Below are positions 9,754 through 19,890 of a stretch of DNA of 64,000 nucleotides, piece by piece (positions within the stretch are counted from its first letter, which is position 1; each line of letters starts with the position of its first letter). The stretch comes from a virus. Location of the stretch: IMG/VR virus record IMGVR_UViG_3300037454_000906, positions 189,118-253,117 of that record; one strand, given 5' to 3'. Under the pieces are notes generated by a model that ran no database searches, was not told where the DNA came from, and saw only the letters and a program-made list of their open reading frames with translations. The translations under genes were made by a program, and so were the position numbers.

Positions 9754-10422
9754 TCACCGTTTCCAGTCATCGGGTATGAATTTCCAGCAATCTATCGCCG
9801 CCTTGCACCCGGAGCAACACCTTGTCTTTTTCAGCCTGGTGTATTCCAGGGCATACTTATCCGGCCAGTCGGTGTATTTTACCGCAATATGCTTACATTG
9901 GAGGGGGTGGCCGTGGGGTTCCATGTAGCCGGTGAACTTGAATCCATGCGATTCCCCCGGCAACGGTTCGTTGTCCAATCCGATGAGCCGATAGTCCCAC
10001 CCATTCTCCTTACAGACACGTTCCTTTTCTTCGCTATCTATCTGGTCAACAATCAGTATCTTGTCGAAGTATTTTGGCGGATTGTTCAGCTGGTGGAACG
10101 CGGCCACCCGGATTGCCCCGGGATTTGGTTCGATCGGCAGGAGCCCGTTGGTCTTCACGACCACATGATAATTTTTCTTTACAAGCCACCCGATTAGTTC
10201 GTCGATGCCGTTGTACAGTGCCGGCTCACCCCCGGTAAGCTCGATTACCCAGTTGGTGGGAAGGTTCATGTATATCCAGGGAAGCAAACGCTTGTTTGTC
10301 AGTACATAATCCGGGTTATCGGTGTTGCGATACCGTGCCATGGGGCAATGCCAGCAGGCGAGGTTACACCTACTGGTCAGAGAAATCTGGAACATTCCCC
10401 CAATTCCCACGTTGCTACTCAC
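9754..10422 (-). CDS. Radical SAM protein (short QueE/NrdG-like core, Cys-rich C-terminus; 222 aa)
   Basis: CNLACWHC (CxxxCxxC), ELTGGEP, KTNG motifs; C-terminal C...CCSGC...C. Confidence 0.9.
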   Translation of the reverse strand: MSSNVGIGGMFQISLTSRCNLACWHCPMARYRNTDNPDYVLTNKRLLPWIYMNLPTNWVIELTGGEPALYNGIDELIGWLVKKNYHVVVKTNGLLPIEPNPGAIRVAAFHQLNNPPKYFDKILIVDQIDSEEKERVCKENGWDYRLIGLDNEPLPGESHGFKFTGYMEPHGHPLQCKHIAVKYTDWPDKYALEYTRLKKTRCCSGCKAAIDCWKFIPDDWKR

Positions 10423-10430
10423 ATGGATTC

Positions 10431-13400
10431 TTACGGTTCATTATTGTTGGACGGCGTATAGAACAGGCCGGTTCCCAGCTCAATGATACGGTCGTTCGCC
10501 CAATCCGAAACGGTGACTTTCACACTAGTTGACGCGGTGGCTGTATTATCATACCTGACGCATATATAGCGTTTCTGCGATTCGATAGTTGGTGACTCGG
10601 CAGTAATATCCGCACTGAACAGGTATGCACAGTACCCGACTTTGCACAAGTGGCCATAGCATTCGCAATGGGAATCGACCGTATCCAGCTTAAACCGGAT
10701 GACCGGGGAATGGTCGGAGCCGAGAATTTCGGCCAACTGCTCCATGAAATCCGTGTTTTCCGGCATGGTCCATACGTTGTCGGCACCATCGTGCAGATCC
10801 TTCAAAACCTTTAACGTCGTGCCATCGGTGCCATACAGGGACACTATGTTCCTCGCGCCCCTGGACAGTACCAGGTGCATCGTGCCGTCCAGTTCCTGTT
10901 TGTGATCCACCGCCAAAACCATGCCGCCAAACGGGCACGATGTCGTACCAGTTACCGAAACCGGGTGTATCAAAGTCGAATCATCTTCATCGGCCAACAC
11001 GTCAATGTCGCCTATCTCAGACCACGGCTTGGACATATTCCCGATCTTGATTAAGCCAAAGTTGTCCGAGTAATCAGGCGTATCGCTGGATAACTCGGCG
11101 CTAGGTAACCCGGCAAGGGTAATGCCGCCTGTGTATATCATTGGGGCATTCGGTTTGGTTACCATGGCGGACACTTCGCCCCTGGTTTTGCCATAGAACG
11201 GCGATCCCACGTCATCGTAAGTGTCGTCGGGTCCGGTAAACATTGCATCATCGATGCCAAATAAGCGGTATGCGCTATAACCGTAAATTCCCATGGTTTC
11301 GCCGGCATAACCGGAACCCAGCATCACCAAAGCATCCGAATAGCTATGGGTGGCAACTTGATATCTTGATGATAATCCCAGCGAAACATGATTCCCAAAT
11401 ATATGGACGTTGCTAAGACTTGCGTATGACGCAGGACCGTCGTTGTATCCATCGAGAGAGTTGTCATCACCGAACACGCTCACGTTGGCAAGCGTTACAT
11501 ACGATGACGTATTTCTCTCCCCGATTACACAGAGTCCATTGGTTCCCCAGCTGAATAAGGTATTGCTGTTGCCAAGAATGAATGTCGTTTTCAGTGGAGC
11601 CGGATTCAGACGGTCATCCAATGTGTCATCGATGGTCACGTGGCCATCGGCATCCACATGGATTCCCCCGTATATGTGATTTTCACTTCCACTCAGCGTA
11701 TATGTCGTCCACGACTGCGTGTCCTCATCCCATACATCCAGGTTACCGTCGCCAATTACGACATAATATGAATCCGGGATAAGGGTGCCGTTTGTCCTCG
11801 CTTGGTTAAACCCTTCGCGTGTCTTAACGTTGTCATCATTCAGATCGAGATTGCTTATGCCATTATCCGTACCAACCATGATGGTCGACTCTGATACATC
11901 GGGAACAAAATTGTTTGCACCGATGGCAATCGTACTTTGGGAATGGTTGCCCACTTCTCCGGTACCGATGAGCAGGCTATTTGTTACCCCATCGATCAAG
12001 TCTGTCGTGGGGTGCCGCAGTTCGGAATTCACCCTAAATGGACCACCAACCTTAAAGCCCCCATCATTGGCAATAACCATGGTTCTTGATGTCGGCTTGT
12101 ACACCATGGCACCAACTGCCATAGTGTGTTGCAACGATGGCCGCGGTGGTTCAAGCATCCCCCCGTTACGGTGGTACCATTCTTCTTCATTTTCATTATA
12201 GTATGAATGAAGAAAGTTTTCAATCGATATACTCCTATTAACCTCGATTGACTCATCAAATGATTCGCGATGATATGGGGAATCCAAGGAGTCAAGCAGA
12301 ATCGAATCCCTGATAAATCCGTAGCGCAAGGGTTCCGTGCTTTGCGTATCACTCAGAATCAACGAATTACGGATCGTGTCCTCTGCAGCGTTCTCTTCAG
12401 CAGGCGCCACAGAAATACTACCTATCACAACCGATGCACCCACGGTGCCTTCAATATTCATTCTACCCATTGCACCGATGATGGCATGGTCAACATCATT
12501 CAGGGTAACCGGATGGAGGTTTGCAGTGGCAGCATCAACGTCGCAATTACCAAATAGGATGGAATACTTGGAATCCTTTATATCCATCCCAACTGCACCC
12601 AAGATTGTCATGTGGTCGGAATTTTCGGCACGCACTATTTCCGAACCAAGAATAGTGGAAAAGGCGCCGTCACTATACACCATGTTGCCTTGAGTGACCG
12701 AGTAATCGCCAGCACCCGCCGTATCATCGCCAAGGACCAGGGAATCCACCCCGGCAGAATACCCATCCGCGAATAGCGATTCCGGGATGGCATCCGTTCG
12801 CGTTATACCGAGGAACTTTCGCGTAGTTGCCGAGGTCGTAGTCTCTTCGGTAACGATTCCCGTCGTAAGGTCGATCACCACATACTTTAACTGATCCCGG
12901 TTTTCCCATACATAAATGTGGTTGTCGTTAATCACCTGGGTATTGCCAGAATCTCCGTATCCAACGTCAGTCGCAATCTTGTCCCTGAACCACTCGGCAC
13001 CATAGATGGAAATTATTCCTTCAATTTCCTGGAATGTCAACGACTGAATATTGGGGGCGCTATTGTAATCCACTAACCCCACGCAGTAGAGGTAGGAATC
13101 CGGCATCTCCAGTTCCGCGCCATCAACCATGGTGCTAAACGAATGCATGATGCATGACTTCTTTACCCCGGTCGGAGAATTGTTTATCAATCCGAATACC
13201 GCTGGGATGTTGGAACCGTCACCCTCTTCACACGTGTAAATTCCACGCACGGAACCTGCCTTGTCAACACCATCGACAAGATTCTTCAAGTAATCATGCG
13301 TATGGTTCTTCGGCGCATACCTGGACAGGTCAAGGTCCTGATTGCAACACTCGCCCCCGTCATTAATCTGCTGCTTCATTGCGTTCAATTCGAGGGACAG

Positions 13401-14699
13401 GTCGGTGACCGCCTCGGACATGCTCGCGCTGGCCAGAAGCTGATTCTTGTACCACGTGGTTGCGTCGTTTTCGTACAGGTTGTAATAGATTGCCGTACGA
13501 CGTTCAATCTGGCCATCCGTATCCTCGGGGAACTTGATGGAAAATTCAAGCGAGAACTTGGCGATGCCACCTTCCCCTGACTGCGGATCATCAGATATAA
13601 TAATATCGTTAATGTCAGCCACCGCCACGAGAACCGGTTCGGCATCACCATCAATTTCGAACTGTACCTTCTGTGCATTGCAGTCATCGGTTTCGGTAAA
13701 CGCCGAGTACCGGTGTGCTGTCATGGGAACCGCGTAAATGCCGATACGGTTAAAACAGAAGCTCGTGTATTTACCCAAGAAATCATCGCTATCCTGATCT
13801 TGAGAATCGGAGTTATCGGGTTCCCGGTAGTTCAGGGCAGTATATCCACGGTCCGACGATACCGGACTCAGGTCAATCGAATACTTTATTGCCGAGGCAA
13901 GCGGTTTTTTCGCCGAGGAATTGTCCGGCGCGTATGTTTCGGCGAGCTTCTTCCCGTTATCATTAATTACCGTGTAATGGCTAATGGGGAATAGCTTGGT
14001 GGCTTTGCTCATGTTGTGGCAGGATGACACGGAGGACACGCCGTACCCTTCGCTGCTCACGGTCCCATGGAACTTGTTGAAATTGGATATTGAATCAAGC
14101 TGAGCCTGGGTGGCATATTCCTCATCCCAAGTTTCGGTGGAACCATTCCATCCCAGATCAGGATCAGATACGTTTACGCCGACGTAGTAACGGTAGTCAC
14201 CGGACACCTGGAGTTCGCTGGACTTATAGTACAGTGGAGCGGGGAGCGGAATCTCGGAATTATTTTCACCATTCACCCCCTTGTAGATGTATGCGCCGAC
14301 CCGTTCAAGAGTATTTTCCCCGTTGCCATTGGGCACACTCTTCCACGTAACCAACTGGTTGTAGCTCGTGTCCTCACCGGAGACAGCGTTATGGTACACA
14401 TACCGGTAGTTGGTACGAATGCTCTTGTCGTACATCGTGAGACCAAACAGCGATGTTGATGCAGATGTTTCCGGGTTAGCCTGCGCGTACCCGTTAAGCA
14501 TGTCACCTTGCCATATGTTGAATATATAGTCGCCGGTCGTAGTCAACTCGCCGGTCTGGGCCGCATTATCCAAGCTGTCGTGTTCCTTATCGGGAACATA
14601 GGCGAGACCATAGTACCCAATCCAGTAACGGGATTCCCCGTCGCCAAGGTTACCGTTAAGAAGCGCCGCACCGTATTTGGTCAATCTCATATTTTTCAT
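10431..14699 (-). CDS. Large tail fibre/spike protein (1422 aa)
   Basis: Long D/S/G/T-rich ORF, coiled-coil LSLELNAMKQQI, beta-helix/YadA-like repeats (SLVLGDDTAGAGDYSVTQG, TIAIGANN, TFILGNSN); late promoter upstream. Confidence 0.65.
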   Translation of the reverse strand: MKNMRLTKYGAALLNGNLGDGESRYWIGYYGLAYVPDKEHDSLDNAAQTGELTTTGDYIFNIWQGDMLNGYAQANPETSASTSLFGLTMYDKSIRTNYRYVYHNAVSGEDTSYNQLVTWKSVPNGNGENTLERVGAYIYKGVNGENNSEIPLPAPLYYKSSELQVSGDYRYYVGVNVSDPDLGWNGSTETWDEEYATQAQLDSISNFNKFHGTVSSEGYGVSSVSSCHNMSKATKLFPISHYTVINDNGKKLAETYAPDNSSAKKPLASAIKYSIDLSPVSSDRGYTALNYREPDNSDSQDQDSDDFLGKYTSFCFNRIGIYAVPMTAHRYSAFTETDDCNAQKVQFEIDGDAEPVLVAVADINDIIISDDPQSGEGGIAKFSLEFSIKFPEDTDGQIERRTAIYYNLYENDATTWYKNQLLASASMSEAVTDLSLELNAMKQQINDGGECCNQDLDLSRYAPKNHTHDYLKNLVDGVDKAGSVRGIYTCEEGDGSNIPAVFGLINNSPTGVKKSCIMHSFSTMVDGAELEMPDSYLYCVGLVDYNSAPNIQSLTFQEIEGIISIYGAEWFRDKIATDVGYGDSGNTQVINDNHIYVWENRDQLKYVVIDLTTGIVTEETTTSATTRKFLGITRTDAIPESLFADGYSAGVDSLVLGDDTAGAGDYSVTQGNMVYSDGAFSTILGSEIVRAENSDHMTILGAVGMDIKDSKYSILFGNCDVDAATANLHPVTLNDVDHAIIGAMGRMNIEGTVGASVVIGSISVAPAEENAAEDTIRNSLILSDTQSTEPLRYGFIRDSILLDSLDSPYHRESFDESIEVNRSISIENFLHSYYNENEEEWYHRNGGMLEPPRPSLQHTMAVGAMVYKPTSRTMVIANDGGFKVGGPFRVNSELRHPTTDLIDGVTNSLLIGTGEVGNHSQSTIAIGANNFVPDVSESTIMVGTDNGISNLDLNDDNVKTREGFNQARTNGTLIPDSYYVVIGDGNLDVWDEDTQSWTTYTLSGSENHIYGGIHVDADGHVTIDDTLDDRLNPAPLKTTFILGNSNTLFSWGTNGLCVIGERNTSSYVTLANVSVFGDDNSLDGYNDGPASYASLSNVHIFGNHVSLGLSSRYQVATHSYSDALVMLGSGYAGETMGIYGYSAYRLFGIDDAMFTGPDDTYDDVGSPFYGKTRGEVSAMVTKPNAPMIYTGGITLAGLPSAELSSDTPDYSDNFGLIKIGNMSKPWSEIGDIDVLADEDDSTLIHPVSVTGTTSCPFGGMVLAVDHKQELDGTMHLVLSRGARNIVSLYGTDGTTLKVLKDLHDGADNVWTMPENTDFMEQLAEILGSDHSPVIRFKLDTVDSHCECYGHLCKVGYCAYLFSADITAESPTIESQKRYICVRYDNTATASTSVKVTVSDWANDRIIELGTGLFYTPSNNNEP

Positions 14700-14727
14700 G
14701 GCGAAAACCCAATTTTTCTCGAAACTA

Positions 14728-14734
14728 GTTTATA
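14728..14734 (-). promoter_or_regulatory. Late promoter TATAAAC
   Basis: Exact motif 28 bp upstream of the ATG at 14699. Confidence 0.7.
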
Positions 14735-14755
14735 ATTTACAGAACTCCGGAAAAG

Positions 14756-17700
14756 CTAAAACGCACAGTTGGTTAGGCCAGGATCAGCATACTCGATATC
14801 ACCAATTACCTGATTTGTTTCCAGTTCATCCACGTCAACCCCGTCATCGACATGTCCGGAAACCAATGCGGCACCGAACTCAGTAACGCCGACCACTGGG
14901 CCCACCACTTCCAGGTTCATTTCAATCTCATCCACGTATTTAAGGAGAACATCCCTGAAAACCACGTTAATGGGCTTCCAAACACGGATTTGCTCACGGA
15001 TTCGCCCGATATCATCTGGCTGAATGGCAAACTGGGGGAACCGCGCGTCATCGGTAAGCTCGATGTCCACATATGGCGTGGAAACCCATGAACCTTCCAA
15101 CGTACCCTCCATCGTATCGGTCCTCAACCTATCCTTGACTTCGGCCTCACTCAGCATCTCCTCATAAGGGTGCATCGTGTTCGTATAGAGGGTAAGTACA
15201 TCGCCTATTACGCCGAATGCCCCCATGAGCATTTTCAGACCCGCCCCTGTGCCACCCAGCGCATAATACTGGGGCAGGTTCAAGACGGCCTCACGAATGG
15301 CCTTTTCCTGCTCCGTTATCGTCCTGTATAGATTGCTGCTTTCTATATCCTCCGCCATTGGAGTAAGGTCGTACCCCATGAATCTGGCCAGGTAGCCTAT
15401 CAGGTCGAAGTCGATGACGTTCGCATCCCTAAGGTATGCAAGCCTCTCGATCTTCTCTATGAGTGGATACTTCATGTCAGGAACACCATGGAACGACGAT
15501 TTCATCCCATCCCTCGGGGCCACGTTAGCGTAATCCTCGTTGGACGAGTATTCGGCATTCGGGTCGCGGGTGGTATCAATATCCGGGAGAGCCGGGCGGT
15601 TGAATACTGGGTTGCGCACCATGTACATCCTGGAGGCGTACGCCCGCTGTGCATTGGCGGCCACATCAACGTCGGAATACGTAACATACTTGTACTCGTC
15701 AACGTTCGCATCCGCGGCGGCATCATCGAAATACGGATTCCGATATTCATCGACCCTCATCTGGCGTACCTTGACTATGCGCTTTTTCTTCAGCACGGTC
15801 CACCGGGCGCCTTCCCTGACAAGATAGGACATGCGTTCAGACGGAACCTGTTGGCCGGCGGCTATGATTATGTCGCCATCCATGAACCTATACTTTGTCC
15901 ACTTCATGCTTGGGAGTCCAGCCGGGGACAGGCTTTCAAGGCGCAGCTGGTATTCGCCCTCCCGGTTGGCCAGGTTGTCCATACCGGGCATCGTGATTAT
16001 GCCGCGCGCAATCGACATGCCCGAATGGTATGTTCCATAGGTCACCTCAACGACAACGGAAGTTGGATTCGGGACCGATACCACCTTGCCCATCGCATAA
16101 TTCCCGAGACCGGTGGTCTCGTCGAACGCGGAGAAATCGTAACCGAATACGACCATGTCCATTGGAGCCAGCCCGTGCTCGTAGCGAGTCTTCAAACGGC
16201 GGATGCCGTCGCTGTCGATGGACATCTGCTCAGTAACGTTCTTTCCGGTGAACGTTGCCTGGGAACTGATCTTGTCCCATTCTATTTCATCGGCGGTAAA
16301 CTTGTACCACCTGCATTCGCGCACCTGCATCGTCAAGTCGCTCGTCGGGATGCCGGTGGGCTGGTGGGTATTGTACAGGCGCATTCCCATATCAAAGGAA
16401 TATGGGCTGTGCACGCGTTCCACTACGTGGAAACCGCAATAGTCGGATGGCGTGACGTTGGATATGTAGAGAACTGTCTTGCCCTCGATGAACCGCCGGT
16501 TATCGGGAATGAAGTGCAGGAGCGGATCAGCTAGGGACACCGTGGCCGTACCATCGCCGTTGTAGGTTATGGTCCTAATAGTCAAGGGGTCACCAAGCGC
16601 AATCGGCGGGTTGGTATCGGAAATATCGAACATGTTGGTTTGGGAGAATATACCGAACGGAACAATCAGTCCATTGCGCTCGACTTCCCGCCACATGCCG
16701 ACATCAACTTCATAGAATTTCTTCGGAGTGCCATCCGCATCGGTTATGACAACCACGTCACCCTGGGCAATCGGCTTGCGCAAATACGCCACACCGGTCA
16801 ATACCGGAACCGCATCAGTCCCAATGTCGATGGTGAGTCCGCGCAAATCATCGTCTACCGACACGATTCCGTACGGGCCGGCTGGGAACGGGGCGGTTCC
16901 ATCGGATACACGACAGCCTTCCAGATACAGCGAATCTCCCGTGCGAAGGGTATATACCGGGTTAGCGATACGCAAATGCACCGTTGTCCCGGCAATGTCC
17001 GCCACAGTTTCGATGCGCACGTTATGGTCGCCGATGTATGTAACGGCGCCGTCTTGTTTCGCGGCATAGCACGTGCTTCCGGATAACCCCGGGTCGCCCT
17101 CGATTTCATACGTGAACACGTCACCGTCAACGACAACCACCGGGGCAAACGCGACATTGAAATCCAGTTCCTCTCCACGGATGGCAGCTGGTGCGATACC
17201 GGTCACAGTTACCATCGATCCATCCACCAATCCGTGAGCAGCCGAATGGACAGTCACTTTCCAACGGGTTAGATCCAGGCGTTCCGCTGACAGATACATT
17301 GGGTCATCGATATCGATGGCGACACTGGAGGCACATCCGCGCGTAATGACCGGATGTGGATATGACCATATCGACTTGGGCAGCAAGTCACTGTTGACAA
17401 TATCCATCGCGGAATCGACGGTGAGAGTTTCGGCGGCACCCGTGCGCTCGGTAGAATGGAATTCGACCATGCCGTTGCGCGCGCGACCGGAAAGATTCAA
17501 CATGTCGCCATAGTTGAGGAAATCACGATGCTCCCATCCATATTTCAAGGTCTTTTCCTCGACCTTCGTTATGTACAGTGGCGAAGTGAACACTTCCGGG
17601 TCGGTGTCGTAGTTGATGCGCTCGCCATATTCCATGGCCGCGATAGGCCCGTAGTATGGCATGAATGCGTTAAACCGTTCGACATACGGAACGCTGTAAT

Positions 17701-19876
17701 GCTTGATGTGGTCCTCGGTGAACGACGTGTTGTAGGAAATCCCGTTTACATCTTCCACGATGCAACTGTCTATGCACATGAACACGCGTCCGGTCACCGG
17801 ATCGTAAACGTATTCGCCCTTGGCGTACTCGCCCGCATGTGCAAGGCCCACTTCCTCCCCGGGGTCATATGTCACCCCATGGATTGCCACGTTGCCCGCC
17901 GAATCCTCGATCATGACATATGGCCTGGTGAACATATCACCACGATGTCTTTCCCAGACTGTAGTCCAATAAGTTTCGCCATCGGTTACTTCAACGAGCT
18001 TGCGCACCCGATCCGCTGTCTTACGAATGATGGTGACGGTATACGTTCCATCCGGTATATCCCGGTCCAGCTGATACTCCGCATTCATCCGTGCAACGGT
18101 TTCCTTCCTATCCGCATCGGTCAGTATGACGATGCCATCGCATTCGGAAAGCACACCGGATGGGGGGAATTCGGTCTTGTTTACGTCGGTATCATATCCA
18201 CCGATCTCACTCGATACTGTGACATAGCCGCCCCTGACCACGCGAACGGTACGGGGGAATTCCCCCATCGGCAAACGGATTGCCCCATTGATGCCTTCCA
18301 GAGTAAGCGCATAGCCGTCATCAACCATCGAGAACGACTTGACAATAGCCAATCCATCCCAGTGCGGGCAAGGCGAGTCAATGTATATGCGGCTACCGAG
18401 GTCAAACAGGGTGCCGAAGTTCTTCACTAGCTCCGAATCAAACGGGACGACAATGGTGTAACCGCCCTCCAGGCGCCATTGTCCGGGGGTCAAGGTGCCG
18501 ATAACGGGGTTGTCGATGACTTCACATGCGTATGCCACCATGCGATCGTTGGGAACCAACCGCATCGGGGTGCCGTCGACCGATTCGAGGTCCCCGCCGG
18601 AATTCTTTGCTATGTTGAGCAGCGGGGATGCCTTCGTATAGTCGAGAACTCCCCTTCCATAGAACAGTGGGACATCCATCAGGACCATTGGGACACCGGA
18701 ATCTATCTCCGGCATTACGCCGGTCGGCACCAAGCGCACATCGAGCGTACCGCTTTCCCGGCTGTCGTTTAGCACATTAAATTCGCCGATGATTTCGAGA
18801 TTGGATTTTTTGGCCAGATACACGGTACCGTTGCGATAAGCCGGATAGCAGGTCGAGAGGGACACAGTGAGCACGCCGGCAAAGGGGCCGCTTATGTCAG
18901 TCACCGGGTAACGAGGAATCGTTCCCAGATAGGCGGGGTCGGTGCAGTTGGCCGCCGGTAGGCAGATGCTGTTCTCGCCCGACACATTCGCAAGACCGGC
19001 TCCGCTTGTCTCGGACAAGTAAATTATCGCCGAGGGGAACCCGTTTTTCCAGTTCCACCCGCTCTCGCCATCAAACCTAATAACGGTGCGCATCTTGCCG
19101 GGTGCCGACAACTCGGTCCCATAATAGTCCACAAGGGCCACCGTGCCGCCAGGTAGCGTCACTTCGCGCACCGAGTTTTCGGACTTGACATCAAGGATCT
19201 TCGCCGTAAAGAATACTTCCTTGTAGCGGTTACCGTGTTCCGAGGTGTACCCGTATCGGGTCTTGACCGCGGAGACATCGGAGACATTGAATGAAAGCAC
19301 GCGGGCCGAACGGTTCGGTGTCCCGGTAAACGGGTCCTGGGAATTTCCCATAGGATCTCTCACGAGACGGTTTCCCTGCTTGTCAAAGTAGTATGCTATC
19401 TCCCCCACATCCGGAATGGCGTCATAGTTCACGAATATCACATCGCCGTCCCCAAACCCGCTGATTGACGGCATAAGCATGGTCGCGTTCTCGATGGTGT
19501 CTTCTACTTCATCGACATCATAATTGACTACATAGGGGGTATACCCGGTATCCTGGCCGAACACGTCATTCGACTTCACATTGGAACGGGGAACCGACAG
19601 CAGGTTGACCCGGTCACTCCGCGCGGCGGCGAGGTCGAGTAAAGCCCTGAGATATTCCATTCGCTTGGTCACCCTGGTAAGCTGGTCAACCCTGGTCGTC
19701 ATGGCGAACTCGAACTTTTCGATAGTATCGATGTTCCGATAAGCGTTGTTGATATAATCGCTGAATACTTGCAGAAGAGTGACCACATCGGGTTCCGACT
19801 TCAGAAAATCTGGGATGTATGCGACGAAATCGCTGTATCTAAACTGACCCCGGTCGTTATATATCGGTGCACGCAT
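14756..19876 (-). CDS. Baseplate wedge protein, T4 gp7-like (1706 aa)
   Basis: Directly downstream of gp6; N-terminal YIPDFLK...LLQVFSDY and C-terminal P2 gpI-like FDLIGYLARFMGYDL...QYYALGGTGAGLKMLMGAFG. Confidence 0.65.
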   Translation of the reverse strand: MRAPIYNDRGQFRYSDFVAYIPDFLKSEPDVVTLLQVFSDYINNAYRNIDTIEKFEFAMTTRVDQLTRVTKRMEYLRALLDLAAARSDRVNLLSVPRSNVKSNDVFGQDTGYTPYVVNYDVDEVEDTIENATMLMPSISGFGDGDVIFVNYDAIPDVGEIAYYFDKQGNRLVRDPMGNSQDPFTGTPNRSARVLSFNVSDVSAVKTRYGYTSEHGNRYKEVFFTAKILDVKSENSVREVTLPGGTVALVDYYGTELSAPGKMRTVIRFDGESGWNWKNGFPSAIIYLSETSGAGLANVSGENSICLPAANCTDPAYLGTIPRYPVTDISGPFAGVLTVSLSTCYPAYRNGTVYLAKKSNLEIIGEFNVLNDSRESGTLDVRLVPTGVMPEIDSGVPMVLMDVPLFYGRGVLDYTKASPLLNIAKNSGGDLESVDGTPMRLVPNDRMVAYACEVIDNPVIGTLTPGQWRLEGGYTIVVPFDSELVKNFGTLFDLGSRIYIDSPCPHWDGLAIVKSFSMVDDGYALTLEGINGAIRLPMGEFPRTVRVVRGGYVTVSSEIGGYDTDVNKTEFPPSGVLSECDGIVILTDADRKETVARMNAEYQLDRDIPDGTYTVTIIRKTADRVRKLVEVTDGETYWTTVWERHRGDMFTRPYVMIEDSAGNVAIHGVTYDPGEEVGLAHAGEYAKGEYVYDPVTGRVFMCIDSCIVEDVNGISYNTSFTEDHIKHYSVPYVERFNAFMPYYGPIAAMEYGERINYDTDPEVFTSPLYITKVEEKTLKYGWEHRDFLNYGDMLNLSGRARNGMVEFHSTERTGAAETLTVDSAMDIVNSDLLPKSIWSYPHPVITRGCASSVAIDIDDPMYLSAERLDLTRWKVTVHSAAHGLVDGSMVTVTGIAPAAIRGEELDFNVAFAPVVVVDGDVFTYEIEGDPGLSGSTCYAAKQDGAVTYIGDHNVRIETVADIAGTTVHLRIANPVYTLRTGDSLYLEGCRVSDGTAPFPAGPYGIVSVDDDLRGLTIDIGTDAVPVLTGVAYLRKPIAQGDVVVITDADGTPKKFYEVDVGMWREVERNGLIVPFGIFSQTNMFDISDTNPPIALGDPLTIRTITYNGDGTATVSLADPLLHFIPDNRRFIEGKTVLYISNVTPSDYCGFHVVERVHSPYSFDMGMRLYNTHQPTGIPTSDLTMQVRECRWYKFTADEIEWDKISSQATFTGKNVTEQMSIDSDGIRRLKTRYEHGLAPMDMVVFGYDFSAFDETTGLGNYAMGKVVSVPNPTSVVVEVTYGTYHSGMSIARGIITMPGMDNLANREGEYQLRLESLSPAGLPSMKWTKYRFMDGDIIIAAGQQVPSERMSYLVREGARWTVLKKKRIVKVRQMRVDEYRNPYFDDAAADANVDEYKYVTYSDVDVAANAQRAYASRMYMVRNPVFNRPALPDIDTTRDPNAEYSSNEDYANVAPRDGMKSSFHGVPDMKYPLIEKIERLAYLRDANVIDFDLIGYLARFMGYDLTPMAEDIESSNLYRTITEQEKAIREAVLNLPQYYALGGTGAGLKMLMGAFGVIGDVLTLYTNTMHPYEEMLSEAEVKDRLRTDTMEGTLEGSWVSTPYVDIELTDDARFPQFAIQPDDIGRIREQIRVWKPINVVFRDVLLKYVDEIEMNLEVVGPVVGVTEFGAALVSGHVDDGVDVDELETNQVIGDIEYADPGLTNCAF

Positions 19877-19890
19877 CTAATGTACCGTCC

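Noticed and set aside
9754-10422. Radical SAM as QueE of a 7-deazaguanine DNA-modification pathway
   Set aside because: No folE, queD, queC or dpdA in the window and the gene lies in a late tail operon; such genes elsewhere in the genome cannot be excluded.
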